Source of the DNA: Centroscyllium fabricii | Lineage: Eukaryota | Assembly: GCA_051313645.2 (NCBI GenBank) | Contig: JBNRSN020000003.1 | Span: 416,826,001 to 416,890,000 of the forward strand | Length of the DNA: 64,000 nt | Direction: 5' to 3' | Shown: piece after piece, positions 50,670 through 63,039 of the stretch | How the letters are laid out: each line of letters opens with the position of its first letter | Position numbering within the stretch: the first letter of the stretch is position 1 | Position numbers and translations under genes: made by a program | The notes under the pieces: model-generated | Database searches by the model: none | Told to the model about the DNA's origin: nothing | Seen by the model: the letters and a program-made list of their open reading frames with translations, nothing else

Positions 50670-50967
50670 TAGTAATAGGTTGCTTTCAAGTATTTTTGAT
50701 TACAATGGGCACATTTGAAAAACTATGCAATCAAAGAATATTACTTAAGATAAAAAGGGTAATAGTATTCTACCTTTAACATTCACTATGATCTTCTTAA
50801 ATCCAAATACATAGAGCATGACACTAACACTGATCTTGCTCCAGAGGCAGTTGATGTAGCAGTGAAAATAGTCAGAGGTATAAACTACCCAATCAGATTA
50901 TTTCAATTTTCCAACTTAAATGAGAAGGCTGGAACATGAAGTATTCTCAAAGCTAAACATCTTGTTA

Positions 50968-51385
50968 CAGGTTGAATACCATTAACCCGGCAGGGTTGGG
51001 ACCAGCACCCGACCGGGTTCTTGAAAACGGCGACTGATTGAAGCCACGGCGGCGCATGCGCACAGCATTCAAAATGGCCACCGTGAAATTTTGAATGATC
51101 TGCGCATGCGCCGCCGAACGCATGCGCATATCATTCAAGATGGCCGCCAAAGTTTGAATGATCTGTGCATGCGAACAGCGAGCGCATGCGCAGATCATTC
51201 AAAATGGCCGCTAGAAGTTTTGAATGGTCTGCGCATGCGCCGAACGGCCAGCGCATGCACAGATCATTCGCCGAAGCATCAATCGCGACAGCCATTTTGC
51301 GCATGCGCAGGGCAGTCCGGACAATTAATACCAGATGACTGAAGCTGCCGGCTTAACGGTTAACTGATTAACGGTGCTCAACCTG
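50968..51385. mobile_element. Tigger/pogo-like MITE copy 9 (interior made of repeated modules)
   Basis: TA|CAGGTTGAATACCATTAACC ... GATTAACGGTGCTCAACCTG|TA; about nine GCGCATGCGC-like motifs in alternating modules. Confidence 0.88.
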
Positions 51386-52124
51386 TATTGCATAAACTGA
51401 AGTCTTGGGTAATTTTGGTTTTAACTTGTTTATTCCGTACCTTTCAGTTTTGTAAACTCAGCCCCAGTTCAGCTTGAAATGAGAAGAAATATGAACTTGA
51501 CCATATATTTCAGGGCAACTTTTTTTTTTTTTTTTTTTTTTATAAACATGGTCTTATAAAAGTGTCTCATTTAATGGTAACTGGCTTCTATCCTGTGGCA
51601 TTGCTCATGGGTAATCTGGGGCGTGGTATTTAGCTGCAATGAGGGAAGCCTGTTTAACCCCACATGCCCTTTAAGGCCATTTCTCAGGTATTCTCTGTGG
51701 GGTGCTAGTTTAAGTCAGACCAGCCTGAGGTCAATTAGAGGCTTCTTGTTGAAGGAAGTTTGTTTAGATTGGCAGCTGCTTGTAAATCCCTGGCTTTTTC
51801 TCGAGTGAACAACCAGGTTATCAAGATCAGAAAAAACAGCTTCCCTTCTTTTACATACATTCTTGACAATTCACAAGTGATAAATACACTAGACAAACAC
51901 TTTTATATAGCCATTTACAAGGGATACAGCAAGCAGGGTGGGAAGAAAGAGCACAGTGGGAGGGACGCGACTGAAAAATAGGAGAGATGGGGAGGGGGAC
52001 AGAGAATAAAAAACAGTGGGGACTTGGAAATAAAGCATAACATTAAAGGGGCAGGGAGCAGACCAAAGCAAGGGAAAGCCATGGAGCAGAGCGCACCAGG
52101 TGGGGGCAGAAAGCACAGCACATA

Positions 52125-52790
52125 GAAATGCAGGTACAGCAGGCAGTTAAGAAAGCAAATGGCATGTTGGCCTTCATAGCAAGGGGATTTGAGTACAGGA
52201 GTAGGGCGGTGTTGCTACAGTTGTACAGGGCCTTGGTGAGGCCACACTTGGAGTATTGTGTGCAGTTTTGGTCTCCTAACTTGAGGAAGGACATTCTTGC
52301 TATTGAGGGAGTGCAGCGAAGGTTTACTAGATTGATTCCCGGGATGGCCGGAAAGACTGGATCAACTGAACTTGTACTCTCGAGTTCAGAAGAATGAGGG
52401 GGGGATCTCATAGAAACGTTTAAAATCCTGACGGGTTTAGACAGGATAGATGCGGGCGGAAAGTTCCCAATGTTGGGGGAGTCCAGAACCAGGGGGCACA
52501 GACTAAGGATAAGGGGTAAGCCATTTAGGACCGAGACGAGGAGAAACTTCTTCACCCAGAGAGTGGTGAACCTGTGGAATTCTCTACCACAGAAAGTTGT
52601 GGATGCCAGTTCGCTAAATATATTCAAAAGGGTGTTAGATGTAATACTTACAACTAGGGGGATCAAGGGATATGGCGAGAAAGCAGGAACGGGGTACTGA
52701 TGTAGCATGTTCAGCCATGAACGTGTTGAATGGCGGTGCAGGCTCGAAGGGCCGAATGGCCTACTCCTGCATCTATTTTCTATGTTTCTA
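52125..52790 (+). mobile_element. CR1 LINE 3' fragment
   Basis: MQVQQAVKKANGML...RPHLEYCVQFW...; frameshifts; CTATGTTT tail. Confidence 0.92.
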
Positions 52791-53195
52791 TTAGAGGGGT
52801 GAGGAACAAAGCATAGAAAGAGGTGGGTGCCAAGGAACAGATTGGTGAGGGTTCATTGATAGAACACATCAGCTTCAGGGGTGGCAATGCAGCACAGTAG
52901 AGCAAGAGAACAGGGCCATGAGTAGAATGGAGCAGACAGGAGCAACAAGGGACAGAACGACAATGATTTGAGTGCTGGGAAACATAGCACAGCAAGGGGA
53001 GGGGAGCATAGCACAGTAGAGAAAGGTGGTCAAGAGATATAGACATACACATACAAACGCACAACATAAACAAAGACAATCTTACTTTTTCACGCCAGTT
53101 GAAGTGAAGGCAAGATGATAGCTTATGCAGCAGATTGCAGGAGTTTGTAGAGTGGGTACCAATTACTCTACATCATATAATTACATCAAATCTAT

Positions 53196-54022
53196 GGGCC
53201 AGAAATTCGGGTGCCTAAAGCAGATGCCCTCGGCGATGCCCTCGAAAAATGCCCTCGGATCCGAGCTGCCCACGGATCCGAAACTTCCGATGCTGAGGGA
53301 AAAGGGCCCTCAGCATGATGCCCAGGAATGAGTTGCACCCAAAACTTCGGGTTCAAAAAAGGTCAAAAAGGGTCATTTTTTTCAGTGATTCTGAGGGCAA
53401 CGGAGCCCTCAGATGCCCTTGAAAAAAGCTGGAGTAACTCGGTGGTGAGGTAGAGAGAAACGTTGTTAAGCAAGGTACGGTAATTTTTTTACTTTAATTT
53501 TAATTTTTTTTCAGTTTTGGGGAGTAGTGTGGCCAGATCGGTAACGTTAAATTTTTAAGTTAAAGGTTTTTAAAAAATTTAACAAATCCAATTTAAAGTT
53601 AATTTACCTGGTTGAAATCGCTAATTTTTAAAGTTACATTTGTGAAATTTTTAAGTGTTTAGCTAATTTTAAAATTAAAAAAAAAACGGAGAAAAAATGG
53701 CTGTTTCTTACCTGCCTGTGAGAAGCTGCTGTGCCGCTGCGCTGCTCCCCGCGATTTTGTTCTGCAGCTCCGCACTTACCTGCTCTCACTAAGGTCCGAC
53801 TCGGGATCTCTTCATTTAAATTAGGGATCTGGTGGGCGTGTTTTATTTAAATTAGCCCTCAAGCAAGCAGAACCGTTGCCCTCCAAAACTGGCTAAGGAG
53901 AAACGATGCCCTGGAAAAAAGTAATCGGTATCCGAAGTTTCAGGGGCAAAAACGGGACGTCTCCCGTGGGCAAGGTAACTGCAACGATGCCCTCGAAACG
54001 GGTCAAGCCGAATTTCTGGCCC
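53196..54022. mobile_element. GGGCCAGAA-TIR non-autonomous element, copy C (diverged subfamily)
   Basis: GGGCCAGAAATTCGG ... CCGAATTTCTGGCCC; shares the GATGCTGAGGG..CCCTCAGCAT hairpin and AT-rich core with copies A and B. Confidence 0.8.
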
Positions 54023-54839
54023 AATATCACATGGTCAGCTACCTGTATCCTGCCTCAATTATTATTTTGAACCATTTAAAAGTGTTTCTGAAAAGGGTTT
54101 CCAATTACATTGCCCAATTCCAATTAAATATTCAAACCATAAGATCACAGAAGTCAAGCAGCTAAATGGTACATGTGCCTGGTATACTGCAGGGTGTTCG
54201 TACCTGGGCTCACAACCATGATTCTCACAAACTGAGTTCTCGAGCTCAACTGGGCTGCCAGGGGGCAATGATGAGGACACTTTGGGGAAGTGAAATAATC
54301 ACGGGTCAAGTCAACCTGTTGGTTGGAATAGGTGCAGGAACAACCAACCAAAAGTTGCAAAAACCCCAAAAAACATTAAAAATACTGGATTCATCAATTT
54401 ATGAAATAACAGAGAATGCTGTTTGTCATTACCACATAAGATGGATACTACCTTGCAACATTGCTGTTAAACAGCCTAACTTCTGAAGCAACCCACTGAG
54501 AGCCACATCGTTTTTAAGACTTGCAATAATCCAATTAAAATGCCAAGTGTGGAATAGTAAAATAAAATAAGCTCCCAGCATCAATAATGACAGCACGACA
54601 TAGCTGATGGTTAAACAAGAAAGTTCTCCTCTGTAAAGGTACATTGCATGGCAGACGAGAACAGAATGTAATGATTAAAAGGCTGAGTCACCACAACACT
54701 TTTTAATCGAAAGTAGCAGAAATTAGTAAGCAAGCACTTAAAGAATTAATAAAATGGACATCATATAAAGAACAGTACAGAATTTTTGCTGCTTTTGTAT
54801 CCCAGATGAAGGAAATTGATGATAATGGCATGTGACTAT

Positions 54840-55300
54840 CATAAGAAATAGGAGGAGTCAGCCAATCGGCCACTCGAGCCTGCTCCGCCATTCAACAAGA
54901 TCACAGCTGATCTGATTCTAACCTCAAATCTACTTTCAGTCTCCATCCCGCCCGAACCCATGTGATCTCCCAGGAGAGGCGAAAAACCAGACAAAAACCC
55001 AGTGGCCAATTTGGGAGAAAAATCTGGGAAATTCCTCTCCGACCCATCTAGGCGATCAAATTTTGTCCAGATCATCACTTGGCTGATCTGAACCTAGCCT
55101 CACGTCCACTTACCTGCCTGCTCACCGTAACCCCTAATTCCCTTTACTTCCAAGAAGCCGTCTATCTCGGTTTTAAATCTATTCAAAGTAGTAGCTTCCG
55201 CAGCTCTCTGGGGCAGCAAATTCCACAGAACTACCACCCTCGGAGTGAAGAAGTTTCTTCTCATCTCAGTTTTGAAAGGGCAGCCCCTTATTCTCAGATT
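54840..55300 (-). mobile_element. CR1 LINE 3' fragment
   Basis: Reverse complement of 15095-15560. Confidence 0.9.
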
Positions 55301-56289
55301 ATCCGATCATTATTCATTGGCATTTTCAGAAGAAAACATTTTGAAGGTTCTTAGAATATTATTTGAATTTAGGTTTCTTTAGATGTAACTTGGGCATGAC
55401 ACTAATAAGGATAATGTATTAAGTTCCAAATATACACATTTATAGCACTGGACTGATTACAAATTAGAGTTGTATGGTAGAATTGATAATACAATTTTAT
55501 TTTGTGCTGCAGTGAATGGCCTAACACAATAGGATTTACAATCACCCTGAATTATAAATGGATCCTCCAACACTCCTCTGCATCAGTCTGCAAAATAAAG
55601 CCTCAAATCACAAGCACAGTATCATTACTCATCAAATCTCCCAATCCAATCGCAGATGCCTAGCTTCCATCGCTGTCCACCATGATAAACACAAAGCAAA
55701 AAAAACACAAGCAATGAAGAAAAAAAACTCTAGGTTTCTTGTCATCATAGAGAACAACAAACAATTAAGATTGAGATAATGTTTTCAATAAAACATCACG
55801 TGACATTTGCTCCCTTGGTTTATATCAGCTTATCCCTTCAGTGTGGTATAGGGTACTGCCATGTCAAGAACTGCAGATTACTAATTTGTGTTTTATTTAT
55901 TTACCTGCCTATCATTTTCAATTTAAAAAAAAAATTGACAAACTATTACAATTCCAATAAATTTTCAGATCAATTTACATATTCTAACTGATCTTCCGTG
56001 GTGTTGTGCGTATGTAGTTTGAGCTCCAGAGTGCATTTGTTAGATGGTTAGTGTGGTCCCTGTCCAAACTGCCGAGAGGAACACAGTAAAAAGATCGAGC
56101 ATCAAAAGACTGAGGGGAGCCAGGGAGCAGGGAACAGGACTTTCAAATTAAATCCTGTGGACTTCAAGCAAAGTAGCAGCTTACCTGATCAACTGCACCA
56201 GGGAAATGACAAACTGTGGTGGCAGCTGTCCTGAGAGAATTATTTTTTCCCTGGATCAGAGTTCCAATCAGAAGACTACATCTAGCAAA

Positions 56290-56440
56290 CAGAGTGGTGC
56301 AGTAGGTTAAACACCAGCTTTTCACCACTAGGACCTGGATTCGAATCGAACCCAGACTAATGGGATGATCGTTTCCTATGTCGGTTGGTTGTAAGGGTCC
56401 TGTAGGCAATCTTAATGCGGTCCATACTGGAATTCGGCCC
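56290..56440 (+). mobile_element. Old tRNA-derived SINE head, LF-SINE-like
   Basis: A box TGGTGCAGTAGG, CTTTTCACCACTAGG, B box GATTCGAATC, CCCAG; resembles the recalled LF-SINE 5' region. Confidence 0.45.
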
Positions 56441-56826
56441 ATACCTCCCAATTCGCCAATATGTGGAAAGTGGGAAAAACAGTCACACTGCTGCCAGCCA
56501 AGTAAGTGCGACGAAGAATATGACATACATTTTGAAGTGTGGTATTATGTACATGCCCTAGATACAAGTTTTAATATTCCAAGTAAATGTCATTTATACA
56601 TTTATATATTTAAGAGAGTCAGAAATCAAAATGGTGCCTGAAAACTTTTTTTTAATTTGGCAATATGAGGTATATATATACATTTTATGGTAGCTATGGG
56701 CAATCTTAATACAGTACTAGATAACAATCTGAACAACTTGATTTAGCTGTACACAGTTCCTCGTTTCCCATTAATAGGTTTTTAGAAGTGACTATATTTG
56801 AGCAAAATGGCACGGTTAAGTTAACA

Positions 56827-57300
56827 GGGGGAGGCAGTGGCGTAGTGGTTATGTCACTAGACTAGTAAGCCAGAGGCTCAGTCAAATGCTCTGAGGATAT
56901 GGGTTCAAATCCCACCACGGCAGCTGGTGGAATTTAAATTCAATTCAATTTAATTCTGGAATTAAATGTTAAGTCTTAGTAATGACAACCATGATACCAT
57001 TGTCGATTGTTGCAAAAACCCATCTGGTTCACTAATGTCCTTTAGGGAAGGAAATCGGACGTCCTTACCTGGTCTGGCCTACATTCGACTCCAGACCCAC
57101 AGCAATGTGGTTCACTCTTAATGCCCTCTGAAATGGCCTAACAAGCCACTCAGTTGTAAACAACCGCTACGAAAAACAATAAGATTGCAGCAGTTCAAGA
57201 AGGCGGCTCACCACCATCTTCTCAAGGGCAATTAGGGATGGGCACTAAATGCAGGCCTAGCCAGCCAGCGACGCCCACATCCCATCAACGAATAAAACAA
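56827..57300 (+). mobile_element. tRNA-derived SINE with LINE-derived tail (second copy)
   Basis: Near-identical to 21458-21948. Confidence 0.9.
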
Positions 57301-57733
57301 TTTAAAAAAATGATAGTGGTTACCTGAGTCAATCAGAAAAGCCTGACAATTTACTCATGCCACAAATTTTAAATATAATGTACACGTTTAATGTGTAACA
57401 CACACAACTTTCAGTTATATAAATAATTGAATATATAATTATATAATCTTACCGCTCTTAGTTACAAGGATAGGGACAAGAGTTAGTATTTTCCACTTTG
57501 AAGAAGCACCAGTTTAGAGGAGACATGATTGAGATTTCTTAAATAATGAAGGGATTCAATACAGTCTGCTCAGAAATGGATAGGGAGGGTCTGATTAGAA
57601 GTCATACGGTATTACAAATATGCACACCGGTGATTAAAAAGCTGATTTAGAAAGTTAGGTGAATAGCCCCATGTATGGCAGGTGTCATTTAGGTGTTTAG
57701 CACTTGAAATTAGGAGTACACATTAAAGGTTAA

Positions 57734-58510
57734 GGGGGAAAAATTCAGTTGCTTGCGCCAGCCGTTAGCACCCTAGGAGGGGCGCAAAGCACCTAGCGCC
57801 TGGGCATGGCGCCACCCACGCCTCCCGTGAAATTCAGCAGGACGCTGACGGCGGCAGTAGCCGTTAGCGTCCCGTGGCACTGCACCACCGGCGATGACGT
57901 CATCGCAGTGCGCAGCGCCCTGCTCGCGCTCCGGCCGCGATCTTCAGTCGCGCCCCCTGACTTACCGCCAGACGCTATGTCCGACAGGGTCAGGGGGGCG
58001 TACTTGCAGCCGGGGGAGCGCAAATTAAAGCAGAGGTGCCGGGCAGCCATTTTTGTTGCTGGCCGCCTGCCAGCATCTGCCCCCTCTGCCGTCCCCGGCC
58101 TCTTGACCAGCCCCCCCCCCCCCCCCCCCGCGGAGTGCCGGCTGCGCTCCGTGAGCCCAGCACTTCTCTTGAGTACCGGGCTCTTCTGCCGGCACACCGA
58201 TCCCCGGTGGCCCAGCTGGGCCCCGGGTCGCGCTGCACCAGGCCCCTCCTCTTTAAGAAAGGGAAGGCAGGCCTGCAGTACCGCGGCGCAATGTGCTGCG
58301 GAGCATGGCACTGCGGCACACAGCGCCAAGATATTCAGTCGCAGCACCCCAGGAACGAGGTGGAGCATTTCCAGGAGTGCCCCACCTCCTGCTTGGGGCG
58401 CGCGCTACAACTGAATTTGCGGCAGAACGGCACAAACTTTTTCCGGGCGCTAAAAGTAGCGCCCTGCCGAGGTTAGCGCCCAAAAGGGGGCGCCACTCAA
58501 TTTTTACCCC
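57734..58510. mobile_element. GC-rich PIF/Harbinger-type non-autonomous element
   Basis: TAA|GGGGGAAAAATT ... AATTTTTACCCC|TAA. Confidence 0.8.
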
Positions 58511-58589
58511 TAAGTATTTAAGCAGACCTCGGCTAAGAGCCAATTACTCATTAGAAGCATTGTGCACAGTGTGAGAAGACTATAAGTAC

Positions 58590-58938
58590 AACAATTAGGA
58601 TTTTAGGTTGTATTGCTAGGACCATCAAGTACAAAACAAAGGGGACTATGCTTATGCATTAGCGGGCTCTTATACATTCACACTTTGAGTATTGTGTCCA
58701 GTTTTGGTCCCTGTACATCGTGAAGAATATTGAGACTCTGGAGAAGGTGCAGAGCATGGTGACTAAGATTGTATCAAATCTTACCGCTCTGGTTATAAGG
58801 ATCGGGCCCAAGGGTTAGTACTTTTCACTCTGAAGAAACACCAGTTCAGAGGAGACGTAATTGAGATTTTTTAAATAATGAAGGGATTCAATACAGTCTG
58901 CTTAGAAATGGATAGGGAGGGCCTGATTAGAAGTCATA
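58590..58938 (+). mobile_element. Highly degenerate CR1 fragment
   Basis: CACTTTGAGTATTGTGTCCAGTTTTGG (H-F-E-Y-C-V-Q-F-W), CTGGAGAAGGTGCAG, AGAGGAGAC. Confidence 0.7.
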
Positions 58939-60103
58939 TTCATAAATCTAGATTTTCACTGTGGAGCTGATGGTGGCAGTTTTATTCTATTTACATTTTG
59001 TTTATTTTTTGCTGGTACCAAGTGTCACGTCAGATGATGGCTCGGTCTCTCTATGCAGCGATACGCAATAATCACTGAAGGATTGACAATTATGATATTA
59101 TTACAAGTTCATAATGTGATAATATGTAACTAACCAAAAAACAGTATTACATCAATCAAACATTATCCTTAGCGGTTCATTTACCTTTTTATCCAGATTG
59201 AAAAAATATTTCACATTTTATGCAACTAATCTTGGCAATCACAATTTTTTGCCACAAAACATTGAAACAAATATTCTTAAAATTGTTTTTAAAGTCGCAA
59301 TGTTGCATTAGCTATAGAATTTAGGAAACTAATTTGAGCTACTGCCAGATCTTAAACTTTCAGAATCTCTTTCTGATAATCAGCTTCATAAAACAAACCA
59401 ACCAGAAATATTTGACACTCAGCTTTATTAGGAACTGGTATTGCGAATTCCAACAGTTCAATTCTTTCACTAGCAGTTTGATCCTGTAAATGTCTTCAGT
59501 ACTTTACGGATTTTGGGTGTTATTAATAGAGCTTTAAAGATTGCTCCTTACTTGTGTGTCAAATTCAAAGCGTTATAACTTGGCTGAAATATTTACTTAC
59601 TTACATCTGTTTCATGTCCATTTTATTCGAAGAACGCAACGTCGCAATAAAAGATAACACTGCAAGCTGGAATATAGGTCTATCCTGTACAGAATGCATA
59701 TTGCTCCAACCTAAATATAGATCAGAGTCTGTACAGGGGTTAAATCAACTAAATAGGGCATAATTACATCAAAGACAATGTCCTTTTAATTTCTCCGTTT
59801 TTACTGAAGGTAAGTAGGTTCAGCAAAGTGTAGTGCAGGATTAAACAAGACCAAGAGGCCTGCGTTATTTATTTTAAAAAGGGCCATTGCCCAATATAAA
59901 TTTGAAACTACTATACATGAAAGCGCCTCATAATCACAGAGGGTCCTTGTCCCCAAAACAATGCACTTAGGGCTGACCCCTTAGTACAATGACCTGTTGG
60001 GAAAGGATACGAGAATCCTGTCTGTCAGCTAAAATGTGATGTTTGTCACAAACCAGAGGCTAATGTTGTTTTCCATGGTTGTATATACCCTTTGCGGTCT
60101 CAC

Positions 60104-60223
60104 CTTAGGATACAGAAGCAAGTTTTGGCCCCAGAAGATAAGCGAGAGAATCCAAACCTCTGCTTGCTGTCAATGTCAGTGAGTACAAATGTAAAGTTCT
60201 GGCCAACTTGGCTGACTGTAAGG
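60104..60223 (-). CDS. DENND1A: DENND1A coding exon (equivalent to human exon 5), (S)LTVSQVGQNFTFVLTDIDSKQRFGFSRLSSGAKTCFCIL(S)
   Basis: ttctctctttcAG acceptor, AG|GTGAGA donor, 120 bp phase 2-2; near-identical to the recalled human DENND1A uDENN segment; splices in frame to 11707. Confidence 0.95.
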
Positions 60224-60878
60224 CTGAAAGAGAGAACAAAGCAGAAGTGTATTTTCAACTGACCATAAGATAAAGACGTCTAATCAAATCATGTCACTGA
60301 ACCAGCATAGCTGAACTCCACGCGGAGATTTTCCGGAAATAAGCTTTTAAAAGTAATGCTATCGGCAATTTACAAATGTTTCATTTTTCAACATAATTAT
60401 ATTAATTATACAGTGAAGTTGGTGCATATACTGGAACTGCATAAAATAACTATTCTTTTTTGAACTTTTTTTCAACAAAATTATGTCCTTGTAACTGCAC
60501 ATTATTGCATCAGAATATGTAGGTTCGTTTGCATTAATTGCAGACTTTCAACATAAGGAGCCCACTGCAATGTTGTATCTTTGATATTATGCACCCATTA
60601 TTCTGCATTGCCTTATTTTCCTCACCTGTACAACCAACTCTCCACAACAGAAAATAACAGACCAAGTTATAGAAATAAGTTGTCACTATCCAAAATAACC
60701 AAATGAATTCCAGATGTTTATGGGGTGCATCATTCATTATAGATGTATTTATGCATGTAACCCATACTTGTCAATATACTGGCCAACAGGTTGATCTAAT
60801 GGCAGTTCAGTGAGGTCCCCTATGCCTCATCCTCTTTCCAAATATTTTTATTAAAACCAACTTCCTTGACTTTTTTTA

Positions 60879-61127
60879 ACATAAGAACATAAGAAATAGG
60901 AGCAGGAGTAGGCCAATCGGCCCCTCACGCCTGCTCCGCCATTCAACAAGTTCATGGCCGATCTGATCCTAACCTCACATCTACTTTCACTCTCCATCCC
61001 GCCCAAACCCATGTGATCTCCCGGGAGAGGCAAAAAAAGACAAAAATCCAGTGGCCAATTAGGGAGAAAAAATCTGGGAAAATCCTCTCCGACCCATCTA
61101 GGCGATCGAAACTCGTCCAGATCATCG
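60879..61127 (-). mobile_element. CR1 LINE 3' UTR fragment
   Basis: Reverse complement of 15320-15570. Confidence 0.88.
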
Positions 61128-61227
61128 AATTTCCATTCCTGACTCTTGCCTTTTTTTGCTTCTACTCTATTTAACTTTCTTTACATTTCTCCATTGCACG
61201 TTCGGATTAATTATATTTTTATCCCTC

Positions 61228-62043
61228 CATGCAGTTTTGGTCGCCTCATCTGAGGAAGGACGTTCTTGCCATTGAAGGAGTGCAGCGAAAATTCACCAGG
61301 CCGATACCTGGGATGGCAGGAATGACATATGGGGAGAGATTAAGTCGATTGGGCTTATACTCACTGGAGTTCAGACGATTGAGAGGGGATCTCATCGAAC
61401 CCTATAAAATTCTGTCAGGCCTGGACAGACTGGATCCAGGAAGGATGTTTCCGATGGCCGGGGAGTCCAGAACCAGGGGCGACAGTCTAAGGATAAGGGG
61501 TGATGCACGATCAATTACAGTGAGTCGACAAAGTTAAGTAATTGAGGCTTTTCTTAACGAAGAACTGGAGTACAGGTCTTATCGCTATCCGGTCCTGGAA
61601 TGCCATGAGGCCAACATGGTTACTACCTTTATACTACAGTCTGTGGGTGGAGCCTGGAGGCGGAGCCAGCTGAGGCATCCCAGGTAGATACCGGTGGGGA
61701 CAAGAGGTAACAAGGAGGTAACTATATACAACACAGTATTAGTGGGAAACAGTATTACCGGTTTACCACAAGGGGTAAGCCATTTAGGACTGAGATGAGG
61801 GGGAATTTCTTCACCCAGAGAGTGGTGAACCTGTGGAATTCTCTGCCACGGTGGAGGCCGGTTCATTGAATATATTTAAGAAGGAGTTGGATATATTTCT
61901 TCAGGCTGAAGGGATCAAGGGATATGGGGAGAAGGCAGGGACAGGGTACTGAATCTGAAAAATCAGTCATGATCTCATTGAATGGCGGAGCAAGCTCGAA
62001 GGGCCGAATGGCCTACTCCTGCTCCTATCTTCCATGTTTCTAT
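61228..62043 (+). mobile_element. CR1 LINE 3' fragment interrupted by a solo LTR
   Basis: QFWSPHLRKD...SRTRGDSLRIRG | insert | GKPFRTEMRGNFFTQRVV. Confidence 0.9.
61501..61770 (-). mobile_element. Solo LTR (probably Gypsy/Ty3-type), 270 bp
   Basis: TG...CA termini, AGGGG 5-bp target-site duplication, minus-strand TATAAA box. Confidence 0.8.
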
Positions 62044-63039
62044 TGCTGCTTTTTTTCTTTATTGGTTCTGCTTTATGCCTGTAGCTTATCTGTGCTCTTA
62101 ATATTATCTAGCTCTATCTCTAATTTCGGCTCTGTATTTCTCCAACCATTCGCCCTGTATTACTGCAGTATTACATCCAAACTCTGTCCCTCAGCTTCCA
62201 AAGTTATAGACCTTGGGTCAGGCTGTCAACACAGATGCCACATCCATGCTGCTGCCAGTATGGTGCCACAACAATGCTGCAAACACATTTAAAAATTAGT
62301 CTTCAACTATATTGGAAATGACGGAACTGCCAAAGCCAAAACAAACAATTTTGTCCCTCTTTGCTTAATATCAAGGTTATTTAAAACAATTACAACACAA
62401 CAAAGAATATGTGGACAACACATAGTAGATAGTTGTTGCAGGCCGAAGACAATTTTGAGCTTGTCATATATCTGTAATTCACACCTGACCACAGGAGGAG
62501 CATCTTAAATTCACTTTCTGATGCCAGTTATATCGGCCACAACAGAATTCTAATCGAGCTTCCAAATTGTTCCATCAGTTCATCTCATCAAAGCAGATTC
62601 TCAGATAATCAGAAACAGTAATTGGAATCAACTGTCCAAATTGAATTTAAAGCACTGACAGCACAACTCTGGGCTGTGCCTTAAAATCACAGCCAAGGTA
62701 GACATTAAAAATGTTCAAATAAACAGCCAAAATGTTGAAAAGAACAGAGGAACATTTTGAACAGTTTCTTCCAGATTAGTCAGCATAAGGTAGGCCACTC
62801 TGCAGAGTTAACTCTAAAACCAAACGTTTTCACTGTCACAGCACAACAACAGTTTGCATTAGATTGTCAATTTACCCCAATAAAAGCTAATAGAGAATAT
62901 GAAATTAAGGGCACATTGAACAAAGAGCAAAGTAGCAGACTAAATAGAAAATCAGTTACAATAGTGAACAAAAGTGATATTAAACTGGAAGTGTGACTGT
63001 TGGTGTAGTAGGGATGAATTACATAGACTGAGCGCACCG

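Noticed and set aside
57793-58574. GC-rich ORFs of 100-200 aa suggesting a CpG-island gene
   Set aside because: Confined within a TAA-flanked TIR element and without recognisable domains.
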